A stretch of 64,000 nt of DNA from Pelomyxa schiedti (Eukaryota > Protista > Evosea). Location of the stretch: NCBI GenBank assembly GCA_020536535.1, contig JAHLWZ010000016.1, positions 124,001 to 188,000 on the forward strand, given 5' to 3'. Position numbers and translations under genes: made by a program. The notes beneath the pieces are model-generated. The model saw only the letters and a program-made list of their open reading frames with translations, made no database searches and had not been told where the DNA came from. How positions within the stretch are numbered: the first letter of the stretch is position 1; each line of letters opens with the position of its first letter. This document shows, in pieces, positions 52,300 to 64,000 of the stretch.

Positions 52300-53935
52300 C
52301 TACTGGAGGAGGCAGACTTTGGATGCCTTTGTGTTCTTGTGCTGTGGTGATTGGTGTTGTGTGGTTGGTGTGTGCTTCAGAGAAAGTGGGGGAATGTGAG
52401 TGACTGCCGGAGGTGATTTTGCGGATTTGGTGGCCAGTGGGGGTGACTTGGGATTGGAGCCGGAATTCACTTGCGGGGGTGACCGCGATACCGTGGGTGG
52501 TGATCTGGAAATTGTGGGATTGGGGGACCGGGAGCCCCCAGGAGGTTGTGGTGACCTGGAAGCCGTGGACCGTGGTGATTGTGATTGAGGGGGGTGTGTG
52601 CGGTGTGATTGTGGCTGTGATTGTGTGCTTGTTGTCGCGGTTGCGGTTGTGGTTGTGGTTGTTTGGTTCCCTCTGAGGGAGGAATGGTGCAGCGGGGTTG
52701 GTGTTACTACTTGTACTGGTGGGGAGGTTGTGGCAAGGGATGTATTGGTTGGTGAGGCTACTATTGCTGGGGATGTTGCCTGGTTTGGTGAGGTGTTTGC
52801 ACCATGTTGTGGGGGCTGCGAAGCGGATGAAGTGGTAAGCGGTGCTGATAGGGAAAGAGTGGGGGCAGCTGTAGTTGCAGTTGAGGGGGGACTGTGAGAC
52901 CGTGAAGCTGGCACGGATGCCAACCGAGAGGGAATGGAGTGACTTGGTGAGATACCTTTCTGGTCATGCTGAATGAACCCCTCAGATCTCATGAATGATA
53001 AAATGAGTTCGTCATCTAGACCAGGAGGTCCGCTGCAGGATGGAGTATCGTTCTGGGCTTCATCCCATAAAACCATAAACTAGCCTCATTTAGGGATATT
53101 TTGAGTGTTACAAGTCAAGGTACCTCAATTGTCTCCTCCCCATTCATTTCCCGGGAGTAGACCTTCAAATTAGAAACTGCAGAGAACCTAGAAGCGGCAC
53201 CCTCCAGTAGGCCAGTCACCAAAGGAGTGAGACCCTGCCGGGTTCGAGCCCCTGGTGAGTACTGCAATATCATGGTAGTTGTAGCATCCTGCTTGGTGAC
53301 TGACAGAATTTTAAACCTTGTGTGAGTGTTGGAAGCAGTTGGGGAAAAGTTCTAAATGGCACACATTGGACTTTTCATAGGAGTGACCTCAGAACAAAGT
53401 GAATGTACTCTATTAACATTTTGCAAAAATTGTAGGAAAGTGCTCCCTTCGGAGCAAGTGAGAAAAGCTTATTTAAAAAAAAAAAAAAAAACACGACGAG
53501 ATTCTAACCCGAAGTAGCCAGTATCTTCCTGAAAGTGGTGTCCGTTTCCTGCTGCTCCAGCCAATACCTCCCAAAGAGCACCATGACGTCCGCCGGCCTC
53601 ACTCCCAACGTCGCCGCCGCCGCGAAAACCAGCGCGAACGTCTCCGCGTCGTCGTACTGCTCGCCTCGTTGCCACTCGCCCCCGCCGCCGCCGCCGCCTG
53701 GAACAACACCGCCACCATTCGCTGTGCTTTTCCCACTCCCAGGGGTGCTTTGTTGGTTCTGTTGGTTGTCTGCGGCAGACGAAGACGATGAAGAGGACGA
53801 CGAGGCAGACTCTGACTGGGTGCTGGAGATCGAGCGGTGAAGGAGGTTGGCGGCTGTGAGGATTTTGAGCCACACATCGGCACCAAACTTGGTGATGACG
53901 AGGCTTTTGATGGCAAGGTTTATTACCCCCAGCAT
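52300..53935 (-). CDS. Stand-alone H-NOX (heme-NO/oxygen binding) domain protein with S/P/T-rich linker and C-terminal CAAX
   Basis: MLGVINLAIKSLVITKFGADVWLKIL; YDDAETFALVFAAAATLG...FGRYWL; FLQFLQNVNRVH (proximal His); LQYSPGARTRQGLTPLVTGLLEG; ends KNTKASKVCLLQ*. Confidence 0.85.
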
Positions 53936-54279
53936 TTGGTTTCTGCGTCTTTTTCGGTAGTGTGAAGGTCTCCGTCTGCCACCAAAAAAAAACCAATCGG
54001 GCTTCGTGTCGGGTGGCGCACTCACGAATCAAATGTAAATTGATAATTGATCCCCCCCGCTCCCAGGCCCTTTTTCGGATGGGGACTTTTTCAAGAATAT
54101 CACGTGATTTCGGTCGAAAGAAGGTCAGAATCTCGATTGTTCGCCTTTGAGTGTGCAAGTCTCCTTCCCGCCTGTTGTTGCCCGTTTCACTTTCTCTAGA
54201 ACTTTTTCAGAATGTTATTACTTGGTACTTCTCAACTCTGGGATAGAGACTTTGGAATAATGGTGGGTGTTTCTGTTGT

Positions 54280-55588
54280 TTACAGCTCTTGATGTTGTGG
54301 TGTTTTTTGGATGTGCTGGACATAGGGTCCCCCATTGCCTTGGTAGCCAATTCCTCTTCTAGTGAACAGAATGATATCTGACTTGGCTTTCTCATCCCGT
54401 GGAACTCCTCCAGGTACTGGTGTGTTGAACTGGTTGGCCCAGAATCGGTAGTCATATTGACATTGGAGCCCATTTTGCTTTATATCTGATTGGAGATAAG
54501 TACACTTACCATGTTGTAGTTAGCATACATATAGAAAATACAGCCTGGTCAAACCTGTGATTTTGAGTGGTTGCTCCTGTAGGTGCTATGCAATCAGCCT
54601 ATAGTTTTTTAGTTTTCTCTTAAAAAAAAATAGTACTGTTGCAGATTTGACACACCACAAGGGCGCAAGCAACAGTGGGGAGCAAAACATTGTAATACGC
54701 ACTGCTGTTGAGTGCATACCCTTGTATGCCTCCAGCACACATCACAGCATCCTCAAAGGAAGATCTGTCAATCCCCAAGTAATCACTAGTTCCTTTCTTG
54801 AGGTGTTAAGAAACCAAACAGACAGATAAAATGTGCAATTTACTCAAACCCAATTCTCCCTCTCCATTATTCAAAGATACATAATATATCAAATACAACA
54901 AGTCTATTCACATCTTCCATCTCCCCATAATGCCAAAACAGCCGCGCCTCATTTCCATAAAAAACAAACACCCAAGCCACAAATACACACCAGTGTGGCA
55001 CAGCTCCCCAATGGTCCCGCAGCACTTGGCCTTTGTCTTGAGGCCCTCCTGCACCACGAAAAAGTAGCCGTCCCTCCTCAGCATGGCCTCGATCTCGGCC
55101 AGCGGCGACCTGATCTCCTGCCCCGCGTCCTGGTACAGCATGAGGCCGCCGAACCCCGGCCGCGACATCGCGTCCAGCATGACCACGGGCTTCCACGCGT
55201 AGTTCCGCAGGTTACGCAGGTGCCCCGGGCGGCGCGAGAAGTCGAAGCGGCGGAGCTCCACGCCGAGCCAGCCGCGCACCTCGGCCCGCTGCGGCTCGTC
55301 CAGGCCCAGGTCGTAGACCACGACCGGGGTGCCCGGCGCCCAGAAGTGCAGCGACCCCACGAGGTTCTGCAGCCGCGTGAAGAACCCCGAGGACGCCGAC
55401 GTGACCACAGTAAGGGTGCGGCCGTCGGTCGCAGGGGGAGCCGCGGAGGAGGCCCCGGGTGGGTCTGATTGACCCTGCGCAGGCGACAAAGTCGGCACGG
55501 CTGCTGGTTCCTCGACTGCTAGCACGGACACCACGAAGGTCGCAAGGCACGCACACAGAACTACTACCTTTCGCCTCGCTGTCATCAT
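54280..55588 (-). CDS. DUF1647-family secreted or membrane protein (GT-A-like glycosyltransferase candidate)
   Basis: N-terminal hydrophobic segment; VVTSASS, VVVYDLGL, RRFDFS, YAWKPVV, YQDAG and CAL-ADCIAPTG...NHRFDQAVFS. Confidence 0.8.
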
Positions 55589-55649
55589 GATTGAAAGACA
55601 AATGCGTGTTTGTTTTACACGAAAACTCCAAGTTGAGATTCAGTGCCGG

Positions 55650-58600
55650 ATGGGCGGCGCCATAGCACCCGAGCCACGGCCGAGTGTTGTTGGGTACGAA
55701 GAGTTCCAAAGAGCATTGAGGGACCGCGGCGAGTTCTTTGCGAGGCTCGAACAATCAGCCAGCATCGCGGAGGTGCAAAACTCATCTGTGAGTGTAGTCG
55801 TGGCCAGAAACTTCAAGTTGGTGCGACCAATCTCACACGGATGCAACGGTAAAACAAAACCCCAAATCAAAGCAGCGTGTCACCGACTCATCTTGGGGAG
55901 TGGTGACGAATTGACACACGGTGACAGGAATAGTGTACGAGGTGAAGTGCATTGGGCAAGGACACCCTGAATTTTTCAGAGACCAGTCTTATGCACTCAA
56001 GGCCCCTTTCAATTTTGGCCACACGACCACAAACGTTCCGAATGAATTTGAGGTATCTGTCTGTCTTTGATTGTTGTACTGTGCATTCCTAACGACCCTT
56101 GCCTCCTCAAGAATGAGTTCCTTGTGTCATCGACGTTGAAACCACACCCGAGTGTCAATTTGTATTTCGGGCACTTCACTGACCGGATCCCACAAGAATA
56201 TTGGGACTGCCTTCCACCCGTGGCCAAAGAACTGGCATTTGACAAAGTGCATAAGAGGATGCACGCGTGCATGTGGATTGTGTTTGAGTACCACACTGGA
56301 ACTCTGGAGAAATTTTTGAGGGACATCGGCACGGCAGCTCCAAAGCATCCCCAAACCGCGGCAACACCGTGGCCCATTGTTCACAAGTATTCAAGGGATA
56401 TCTGCTCTGCCCTTGTGCATCTTTTCGAGAATCAAACGATTCACTTTGACATCAAGTTGGACAACATTGTAGTTTCCTCAGTGCGTTGTCTGTTTCTTTT
56501 TCACAAACTCAACCATCACAAAACCCAACAGAACAAAGAACAAGCAATTCTGATTGACCTTGGGTGTGCAAAAAACTTTCCAATTTCAACAACCGGCAAC
56601 AGAAGGGCATTTGAGATTGAAACAATGTCTCTCACTTCAGTAACAGGAAATCCAAGCCACCGAGCACCTGAAATCCTCAATGGACTTGCACGATACAGGC
56701 AGAGGCCAGATCCTACCTCGACATTGTGCTGTGACAAGGTTTTCCTGAAATCCCAAATCTATTCCTTTTCCACATCTTTGTTTCATCCTCCAATGAAAAC
56801 AGCAACCGTCATTTGAACTTGGGTGTATTTTGTTTGAACTTGCCATGTTTACACAGCATCCACTGCCTGGTTATCCTGCAGGTTATGGACCAAGTGGGCA
56901 GATAATATTTTCGTTTGAAAGTGAAGAACAGTTCCCCATTAAACCGCCAGCATTCCCCAAGACATTCTGTGACCTTGTTCGGGGATTGCTTCAGTTTGAT
57001 CCAGAAAAAAGGATGAACCTGTTGGAAGCTTCTGAGGTGTTGGCAAACTTAGAGTCGCCACATCCTCTTGAACTCCTCTCATTTTACCCTTGTGTGGTAC
57101 CTGTGGCAAATGATGCAGGTTAGGATAAAGCAATTAAAAACTCCAAAGCTGAAGCAACTCAGGGGCAGTTACAACCAAGGCAGTGTGCCAGATTCTGTGT
57201 GCTGAAACAGAAGCATGTATGGGCACCCTGCATAAAGCACTGGAAATTGAACCCCTATTTTCACTGGCCTTGTTGCTTCATCATTACCTAAATGCTTGTT
57301 CTCTCCATGTCAATCACACTACTCGTTTTGATTGCCATCCAGAAGTTGGCACAGTCTTCACAGGCAAAACAGCCTCATTCACAACTACGGATGTGGAACT
57401 TATGAGAGCGATTATCAACAAGCACGGAGCTACACTCCCTGAACTGGTGTTGGCGGCGCTGTGGACAAGGCACATTTCCCGCGAAGATGACAAGTTCCGC
57501 AGTATCATACAGTCTCTTCTAAAAAAAGTCCCCACAGCAACGATTCAGCAACCAGAGCTCTTGACAACCCAAATCTCCTCCACAGAAGGCTCAGTCATAC
57601 CCTCTCTTTTTTTGAGGAATGTAATTTTCACACGAAATGAGATTATTCTGGGTGCCCTTGCCCATCTGGACTCGGGAAACATCGACAGTGCTCTTGGTCT
57701 TGTGTCAGATGCTTTCACTTTGTTCGAATGTGAGATGAGCGCCATGAATAGTGTGTTGCCGAACATTCAATTGAAAGACCCTAAAAAAAAACAGAAGATT
57801 GGAAGGACATCCAACCTTGGGTGTATCTCCCTGGATTGTTGTTCCTTTATGGTCTGTGTATTACCCTCGCTGACCAAGTTGCTCTGCACCAACACATACC
57901 AACAAGTCTATCATTGGTGTTCTCTCTTGCCCTCAGTAGCACAGCACTGGAATTGAAGGACCACTGCATAGGTCTGCTTCAGAACAATATGGAAGGGAAT
58001 GTATGGCAGAACAAAGCAGAGGTACTAGCAGAATGGCAAGACCTCATTGCAACTGCTTCAGCGCTCTGTGGAGAACAACAATCGCCACATACAGAACACC
58101 AGCCACGAGCCTGCTGCGTATTTGTTGCCCTGTGGAAAACCTTCTGCACTGACCATCAATCCATGAGTGCACCCATAGGTGTGGGCCCGCATGTGCCTCT
58201 AGGATGTGCGGTACCAATTGACTGGTGGTCTTCTTCTCTCTTACTCCTGGGTATTTGTAACGACTTCGGCAAGTACATGAGCGAGGCAGTGGCGCTTTAC
58301 CAGCAGGCCGCTACTGCTGAAAATTCCATGGCAACACTGACTCTTGGTCTGTGCTATAGATTTGGCAATGGGGTTGCAAAGGACAAAAACAAGGCAGTGA
58401 CACTTTACCAGCAGGCTGCCGATGCAGGAAATACCAGAGCAATCTGTAACCTTGGACTGTGCTATGAGCACGGCAAAGGAATTGGCCAGGACAAAGTCAA
58501 GGCAGCGGCGCTGTACCAGAAGGCCACTGATGCCGGGAATTACAAGGCAATGTTCAGCCTTGGTCTGTGCTATGAAAGGGGTTCCGGCGTGAGCCAGGAC

Positions 58601-59349
58601 CAAAGCAAGGCAGTGACACTTTACCAGAGGGCCGCTGAAGCTGGGTACACCAATGCAATGTGCAACCTTGGCGCTTGCTATGAACTTGGCCAAGGTGTTG
58701 GCAAGGACATGAAAAAGGCGCTTACTCTTTATCAGAAGGCCGCTGATGCCGGTAGTTCCACGGCAATGTTCGGCCTTGGCCAGTTTTATCAACAGGGCAA
58801 AGGGGTTGTCAAGGACCTGAAGAAGGCAGCAACTCTTTACCAGAGTGCGATTAAAGCTGGGCATTCCGGTGCAATATGCAACCTTGGGCTGTGCTATCTT
58901 CTTGGCAGTGGTGTTGACCAGGACCTNNNNNNNNNNNNNNNNNNNNNNNNNNNNNNNNNNNNNNNNNNNNNNNNNNNNNNNNNNNNNNNNNNNNNNNNNN
59001 NNNNNNNNNNNNNNNNNNNNNNNNNNTTGTCAAGGACCTGAAGAAGGCAGCAACTCTTTACCAGAGTGCGATTAAAGCTGGGCATTCCGGTGCAATATGC
59101 AACCTTGGGCTGTGCTATCTTCTTGGCAGTGGTGTTGACCAGGACCTAGGCGAGGCCATAGAACTTTTTGTGAAGGCTGCTGATGAACATGGGGAGGCCA
59201 GGGCTATGTGTATCCTTGGCACAATTCTTGAAGAAGGCATTGGAATGGACAGGGACAAAGAGAGGGCTGAGAGTTTTTTCAAGAGGGCTGCTGCTACAGG
59301 GGATGCTTGTGGTATTGAAGCCTTGAGACAGTTTTACCTCAAGGGCTGA
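55650..59349 (+). CDS. Protein kinase (PINK1-like features) fused to C-terminal Sel1-like repeats
   Basis: ISHGCNG, YALKAPFNF, PHPSVNLYFGHF, HFDIKLDN, IDLG and GNPSHRAPE; about 7 Sel1 repeats A..NLGLCY..G.GV.KD..KA..LYQ.AA.AG. Crosses an artefactual gap. Confidence 0.85.
58927..59026. other. Scaffold gap with exactly duplicated 121-nt flanks (58806-58926 = 59027-59147)
   Basis: N run with identical sequence on both sides. Confidence 0.95.
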
Positions 59350-59403
59350 ACGAAAAAGAAAATTTTTGTTTTGTTTTTGTATGTACAGTAGAAAGTCCTG
59401 GCT

Positions 59404-62400
59404 TTACTCACTCTTGGAATGTGAACCTAGAAGTAGAAGGAGTTGTTGTATGGAGGCCCGGCTATGGGGTTCTGTGATCCAGCAGCTTTCAACTATGTAT
59501 TTTCCCCATTGGGGAATTCTGGGTGGTTCTGAACTGGTTTTGTTGGGTTTCGGGAGAGAAGGGACTACGGCTCCGCTGACGAGTGCCTTGGCTAATTGCA
59601 GTGTTTTGAATTCGGTTTTTATTTGGCCATTGCAAGACTGTGTTCGCGCATACTCGGGGTTATTTGCGAGTTCCGCAAATGGTGACGTGAATGGGTCGAG
59701 AAGAGTATAACAAACCATTCCTGTTTTGTCTTTTTTAGTTTTAGGAAAGCGACAGAATGTATACCAAAACTCCAAATGTCGGACTTTTCATCACAACTGG
59801 AACCCGAGAGCGCTTCGGGTGAATATACATTGATATTTGATAGTGTGGTTTGAACGCTCTGTGACCGCCCTGTGTAGAGTCTCTGTGACAACCCAAAGTC
59901 GGCAATCTTTAGGCTTTGAGTCGACACAGGGAAGAAAATTCTCATCTACACACTTTTGCCCAGGGGCCGCACCCTGTGAAGTCCAACGAAGAGATGAAAA
60001 TGTTTCCTATGATGTGATGAAACTTAAAAGAGGGGACAAAAAAGCGGACCAGCATGGAGGTCACCATGAACTATGGGAGGGGTTTGCGTATGAAGGTGAG
60101 TCAATCCTTGGGCAACATCAATCAGTATCTGCCTGCGCATGGGTATTGGTAAAACTTTATCCAGAATTACTGATGTCTTGTTGCCCTTAGTAATGCACAG
60201 TTCAAGGAATGCACTCAAATCGGGTTTGTTTATGATCGTTCCAGTCCCAAGAATTTCACTCAGATGCGGCGGCACAACCGGTAACACAAACTCCATGACC
60301 AGCCAGAGTTTTGGTTGTAGACATGCACCAAAGAACTTTACTATGTTAGGATGTGTGGAAACTGTACTCATTAGTGTCATCTCATACACGAAGTCCGACA
60401 AGGTGGCTGGGGTAACTTCTTTCAATGGTTCCTTTACTGCCACAGCATTTCCTTTCCATTCTCCTCTCATCACTTTTCCAAATCCCCCTTTCATTTCAGA
60501 TGGTACTGGTTTTGCAGCTGGAGCCAAATCTTGACTTTCGGAATCCACCGTTCTTCCAGGTTTTACACGGAAAGTGATGTCAGTCGCACATATTAAGGGT
60601 AAGTGGTCAAGTGTGATGTCTGGGGCAATATGTGTGAGCTCCACTTTGGGCATAATTTCACGCCCCGGTATCTTGCACACTAAGTATTTGGTTCCACACT
60701 TGGCAGCACTCAACACGTCTTCATACATAAAGAAAGACAAGCCGGGAGGCAAACCAATCGGCTTGAGCATTGGTCCATTTTTGGTCCTGAGTGTGGGAAC
60801 TACGGTTTCGAGACAAGGTATTTGTTGCACAAACTCTAGCAAACAATGAGGACAAGGAAATGACTGAACCATTGTTGCTGAAAGCTGAGAGTAAAATGAT
60901 GTGATAAACTGAGCCATAAGATTGAGAATTGATATCAACAAGCTGTTCTTTTTCCAGATGAAGTGTTGGCTGCCGTTCTCTGCTGACATATCAGTAGAAG
61001 AAAGGGCATCGCTCGGCTCCACCCAGTTCATAGTTGTTGTTCGCATGACAATACTAATGGTGTTCTCAACACTTTGGTATGTCATTAGGACTTTTTGTTG
61101 AACATTCAAAATGGAACTGGAACGTTCAACCAGGAGCCCTTCCTTCCACAGTACAAGTTGGACAAGGCCAGGAATTCCTAGCACCATTGCCACAAGTCTC
61201 GAAAAGAATCCAATTGGAATGAATGCGAAGTTGATGAGCCTACCATTCGTTATTACCTTAGAAGATGATGGAGCAGAAGCCCAAAAAGAACGGATTTCAC
61301 TTTCAATTTTTGGACCTGGTGGTAGTGCATCAGGAAGAAGAGAGGGAACTAACAGTCTTCCGTCAGGCATCTTTGTAACAATCTCGAATTTCTCCAAAAG
61401 CTCAAGAATAGCAGAATGCAATGCAGGAGGGAATTTAGAGAATGCATGAGGGACTTTGGTTTTGTCCAGGAATCCGCCAAATGCCCACCTCTCATTGCCG
61501 GTTATTGAAATGAGTGAAGTCATAACTTTGGAAAGCCAGGCTGGCTTCAAAATGACCAGATCCGAGAGATTTGTGCATGTTGAAGCCTCGCTACTTGATG
61601 ACAAAAGGGAAAGTTTAGTATCTGCCTTATATTGGTGATGCCTGAAATGTATTACGGTTCCAGCATCAGCCAAGAAATCTGAACACATGGTAATTTCAAG
61701 TTGTACAGCTGCGAGATCATTTTTCCCAACACCACAGGACCCCCCCATTACAACAAATTGGTCCCACAGCATAGTATCTTTCTTGGAAGCCAAGAGTGTG
61801 TTGTGGAAATCAATCCATTTTAGTGATACACGTATTTGATTCTGGCTGGCAATTTTTTCAAGGAGTTCAACAATGGAGGTGACACCTCTATCGTTCAGGG
61901 TTACCGAATCACGATCTCCTCCACGGGAAGATATGCTCATACCTTGCCCACTTTGTAAACTGATGCCAAAAACTCCAGCAAAACCATTTTTGTAGGCCTG
62001 GTTGATTTGCGAGAAGATAGATGCTGCGAGTTCAACTGTGGTGCCATCTAAGTGAGTCCCAACAAGAACTATGTGAGGTTTTTCTGGAACCTCAATTCTA
62101 CTTTTTGTGGCTTCCTTTTGGGAAACAGAAATCTGGTTCACCCAATATGTGATTTTTGGTGGAATGTTTAACTTTCCAGTGTCTGTTAGCTTTGCCAATG
62201 CCACATCGAATAGAAGCAGAAATATAGAGTTGCTGCATAAGAAGAATTGATGTGAAGGATACAACACATCTTGGCCTCCTTAATTACTGTAAGGATAATC
62301 AGTCTCACGGAGAAAGACAGACCTAAATCCCAGGCAACCCACATATGGTCACTCCTCTTCCTCAGTTTGAAGGGACTGTGAATAGCAACTCCATCTGTAG

Positions 62401-64000
62401 CGAGATTCTTCCTCACATTTGCCAACTCCTTCATTTTCTGCATGCACCTCAGTAAAGTCGTCTTGCCCACACCACCATCCCCAACTAACAAGAGCTTGTG
62501 ATTCTTCCACGGAACTGGTTCTTCTCCATTGAATTTAATAAAATGTGCCAGAACGTCCCAATGCTCATTTCGAAATCTCAGTGGAATGTTTTCCAATGGG
62601 TTTCCTTCAAAAATAACTTTCTCAACTCGGTGCATCCACTGTGGTAGTTCATCGATGGCATTGAATGATATATCCAGCATTGAGCAAGAGATTCCACAAA
62701 GAGCTGATGGGATGGTACGGAGTGAGAGGAAAGATAAATCCACATCTTGACCAGCCACTCCTCCTGCAAGGCATACTTCAGAAACAGCATCCCAGTTTTT
62801 GCTTTTCACCCATTCTCGCAGAAGTAAGGACACAATGTGTCGAAGTGGGGCAGTATCTTTTGGGTGTAGAAGAAGTTGAATAATCTCCCGCACAGTTGAA
62901 GGTCTCGCATTGCTGATGTCCAGGCCACCTTTAAACAGAAGAGATTCAATCATGACTTTGAAGGCAACTCCGCTTGGAGCTGTATGAAATGCAGTGTGCA
63001 GAATAGACAAGGCAGTTTCTTCGTCATCAATAAGTGCCACCTTCTTTATTGTAGTGGAACTTTGACTTACGCGAGGGATGTCTACTGCACTACTATCTGT
63101 TGGGAACAACTTGGCAAGTGACCGCGCTGAAGACCCTGAGCTAGAAGCAATACTAAAAATCTCGTCCAGCTCACTTGTTTCCAGCTCCTGCTGATTCCCA
63201 TGCAGGGTGCATGCAATAGAATTCATAAGTATGGCAAGCTCCACAGCATCGCCTGTCTTGATACAACTCCACAGCACCTTCACAAAGTCTGATCTTGTTC
63301 CGTGGCCAGAGAGGAGTGTGTTATGCTTTGTTTTGACTGCCTGAACTCGAGAAACGTTGGTTTCCAAGAAGGGTTTAATCTGAGCTTCAAACACTAGTGC
63401 CGCGGGTTGTTTGTAGGATGACAAAACGAGTGGCTTCCAAGAATCTCGATCCTCTGTCAAACAGCTCAGGAAAAGAGATACACAGAAGTAGTACCTTGGA
63501 GAATCCTTAAATATCTAAGAAACAAGTTACTCTTCAAAACAGCTGATAACGTTTAGAGGCTAAGGAGAAAATTCTTTCAGAGTACATTCCCAGTTGCTGA
63601 AAGTGGGGGGATCTGTATGAGGATACACAACAGAAAGTTTCTCAAGAGTGTGATGATTTTTCAATGCCTGAAGCATTTTTCCTCCTCCGTCAATGAATCT
63701 TGCTGGAGGTGAAGTTTATTTTTAGTCAAAGGGAAGCCAACACACAATCGAGACTGAGGCGTTTGAGGGTAAAATTCTTCTGTAAGTATCTGGGGAAAGA
63801 GAGACAAATATCAGGTAGGTAGCTTAGTTTGCCTGTCAGAGGGTAAAAGTGCACTACAAAGAAAGAAAGAAAAAAAAGAATTACGTGAAATGTCTAGTGC
63901 AGTAAGGTGATCCAAAACACGGAAAATGTGTGCTTCACATCCACGTGGCAAGGAATCTAGTGTGATTGTTTATGCTCTCTTCTTTTATATAATAAGGCAC
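59404..64000 (-). CDS. Roco protein kinase (LRR-Roc-COR-kinase); 5' end probably beyond the window
   Basis: LRR LDISFNAIDELP; Roc KLLLVGDGGVGKTTL, ATDGV, WDLG-GQDVLYPSHQFF, LVGTHLD; COR VILKPAWL, LLVPSLLP, FIPIGFFSRL; kinase GGFGKV, VAVKE, HGDLHAG, IADFGLS, KSDIWSFG. Confidence 0.93.

Noticed and set aside
52019-52360. Apparent direct repeat or second copy of the H-NOX CAAX end
   Set aside because: Exact 121-nt duplication either side of a 100-N gap, the same length as at the 58927 gap: an unmerged contig overlap.
48507-55588. Operon-like foreign island (TUTase, DUF4326, H-NOX, DUF1647 co-oriented)
   Set aside because: Most of these genes have introns and host-type low-complexity tails, with no mobility genes or boundaries; no functional link can be supported.
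58806-59147. Apparent extra Sel1 repeat and frameshift
   Set aside because: Same 121-nt flank duplication artefact; merging the overlap restores one frame to TGA 59349.

Overview
Gene-dense, intron-rich eukaryotic nuclear DNA with many short, mostly GT-AG introns, the standard genetic code and three 100-N scaffold gaps. The gene set (Roco kinase, kinase-Sel1 fusion, Rh protein, CBL-type calcium sensor, NEK1, INTS11) suggests an amoebozoan-type protist, possibly an archamoeba such as Pelomyxa; this is inference only. About 27 protein genes could be reconstructed by hand-splicing, so exon boundaries are approximate. Core genes: INTS11 (missed by the ORF track), VPS16, an SRSF7-like factor, SPT16, NGDN/LCP5, WDR3/UTP12, E2F and NEK1. 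Several intron-containing genes have prokaryote- or virus-like domains: GH15, HicB-like, a Cys-less pLGIC, DUF4326 and H-NOX. Leading observations: (1) a stand-alone H-NOX gas-sensor domain with a long Ser/Pro/Thr linker and a C-terminal CAAX box, i.e. a putative prenylated NO/O2/redox sensor with no cyclase; (2) an atypical Pol III tRNA-like gene with a UCA-centred anticodon loop and an extended acceptor stem, next to a CpG-depleted relic island containing a 46-bp hairpin; (3) a spliced HicB-like gene; (4) an RRM-TUTase with all three catalytic aspartates replaced.
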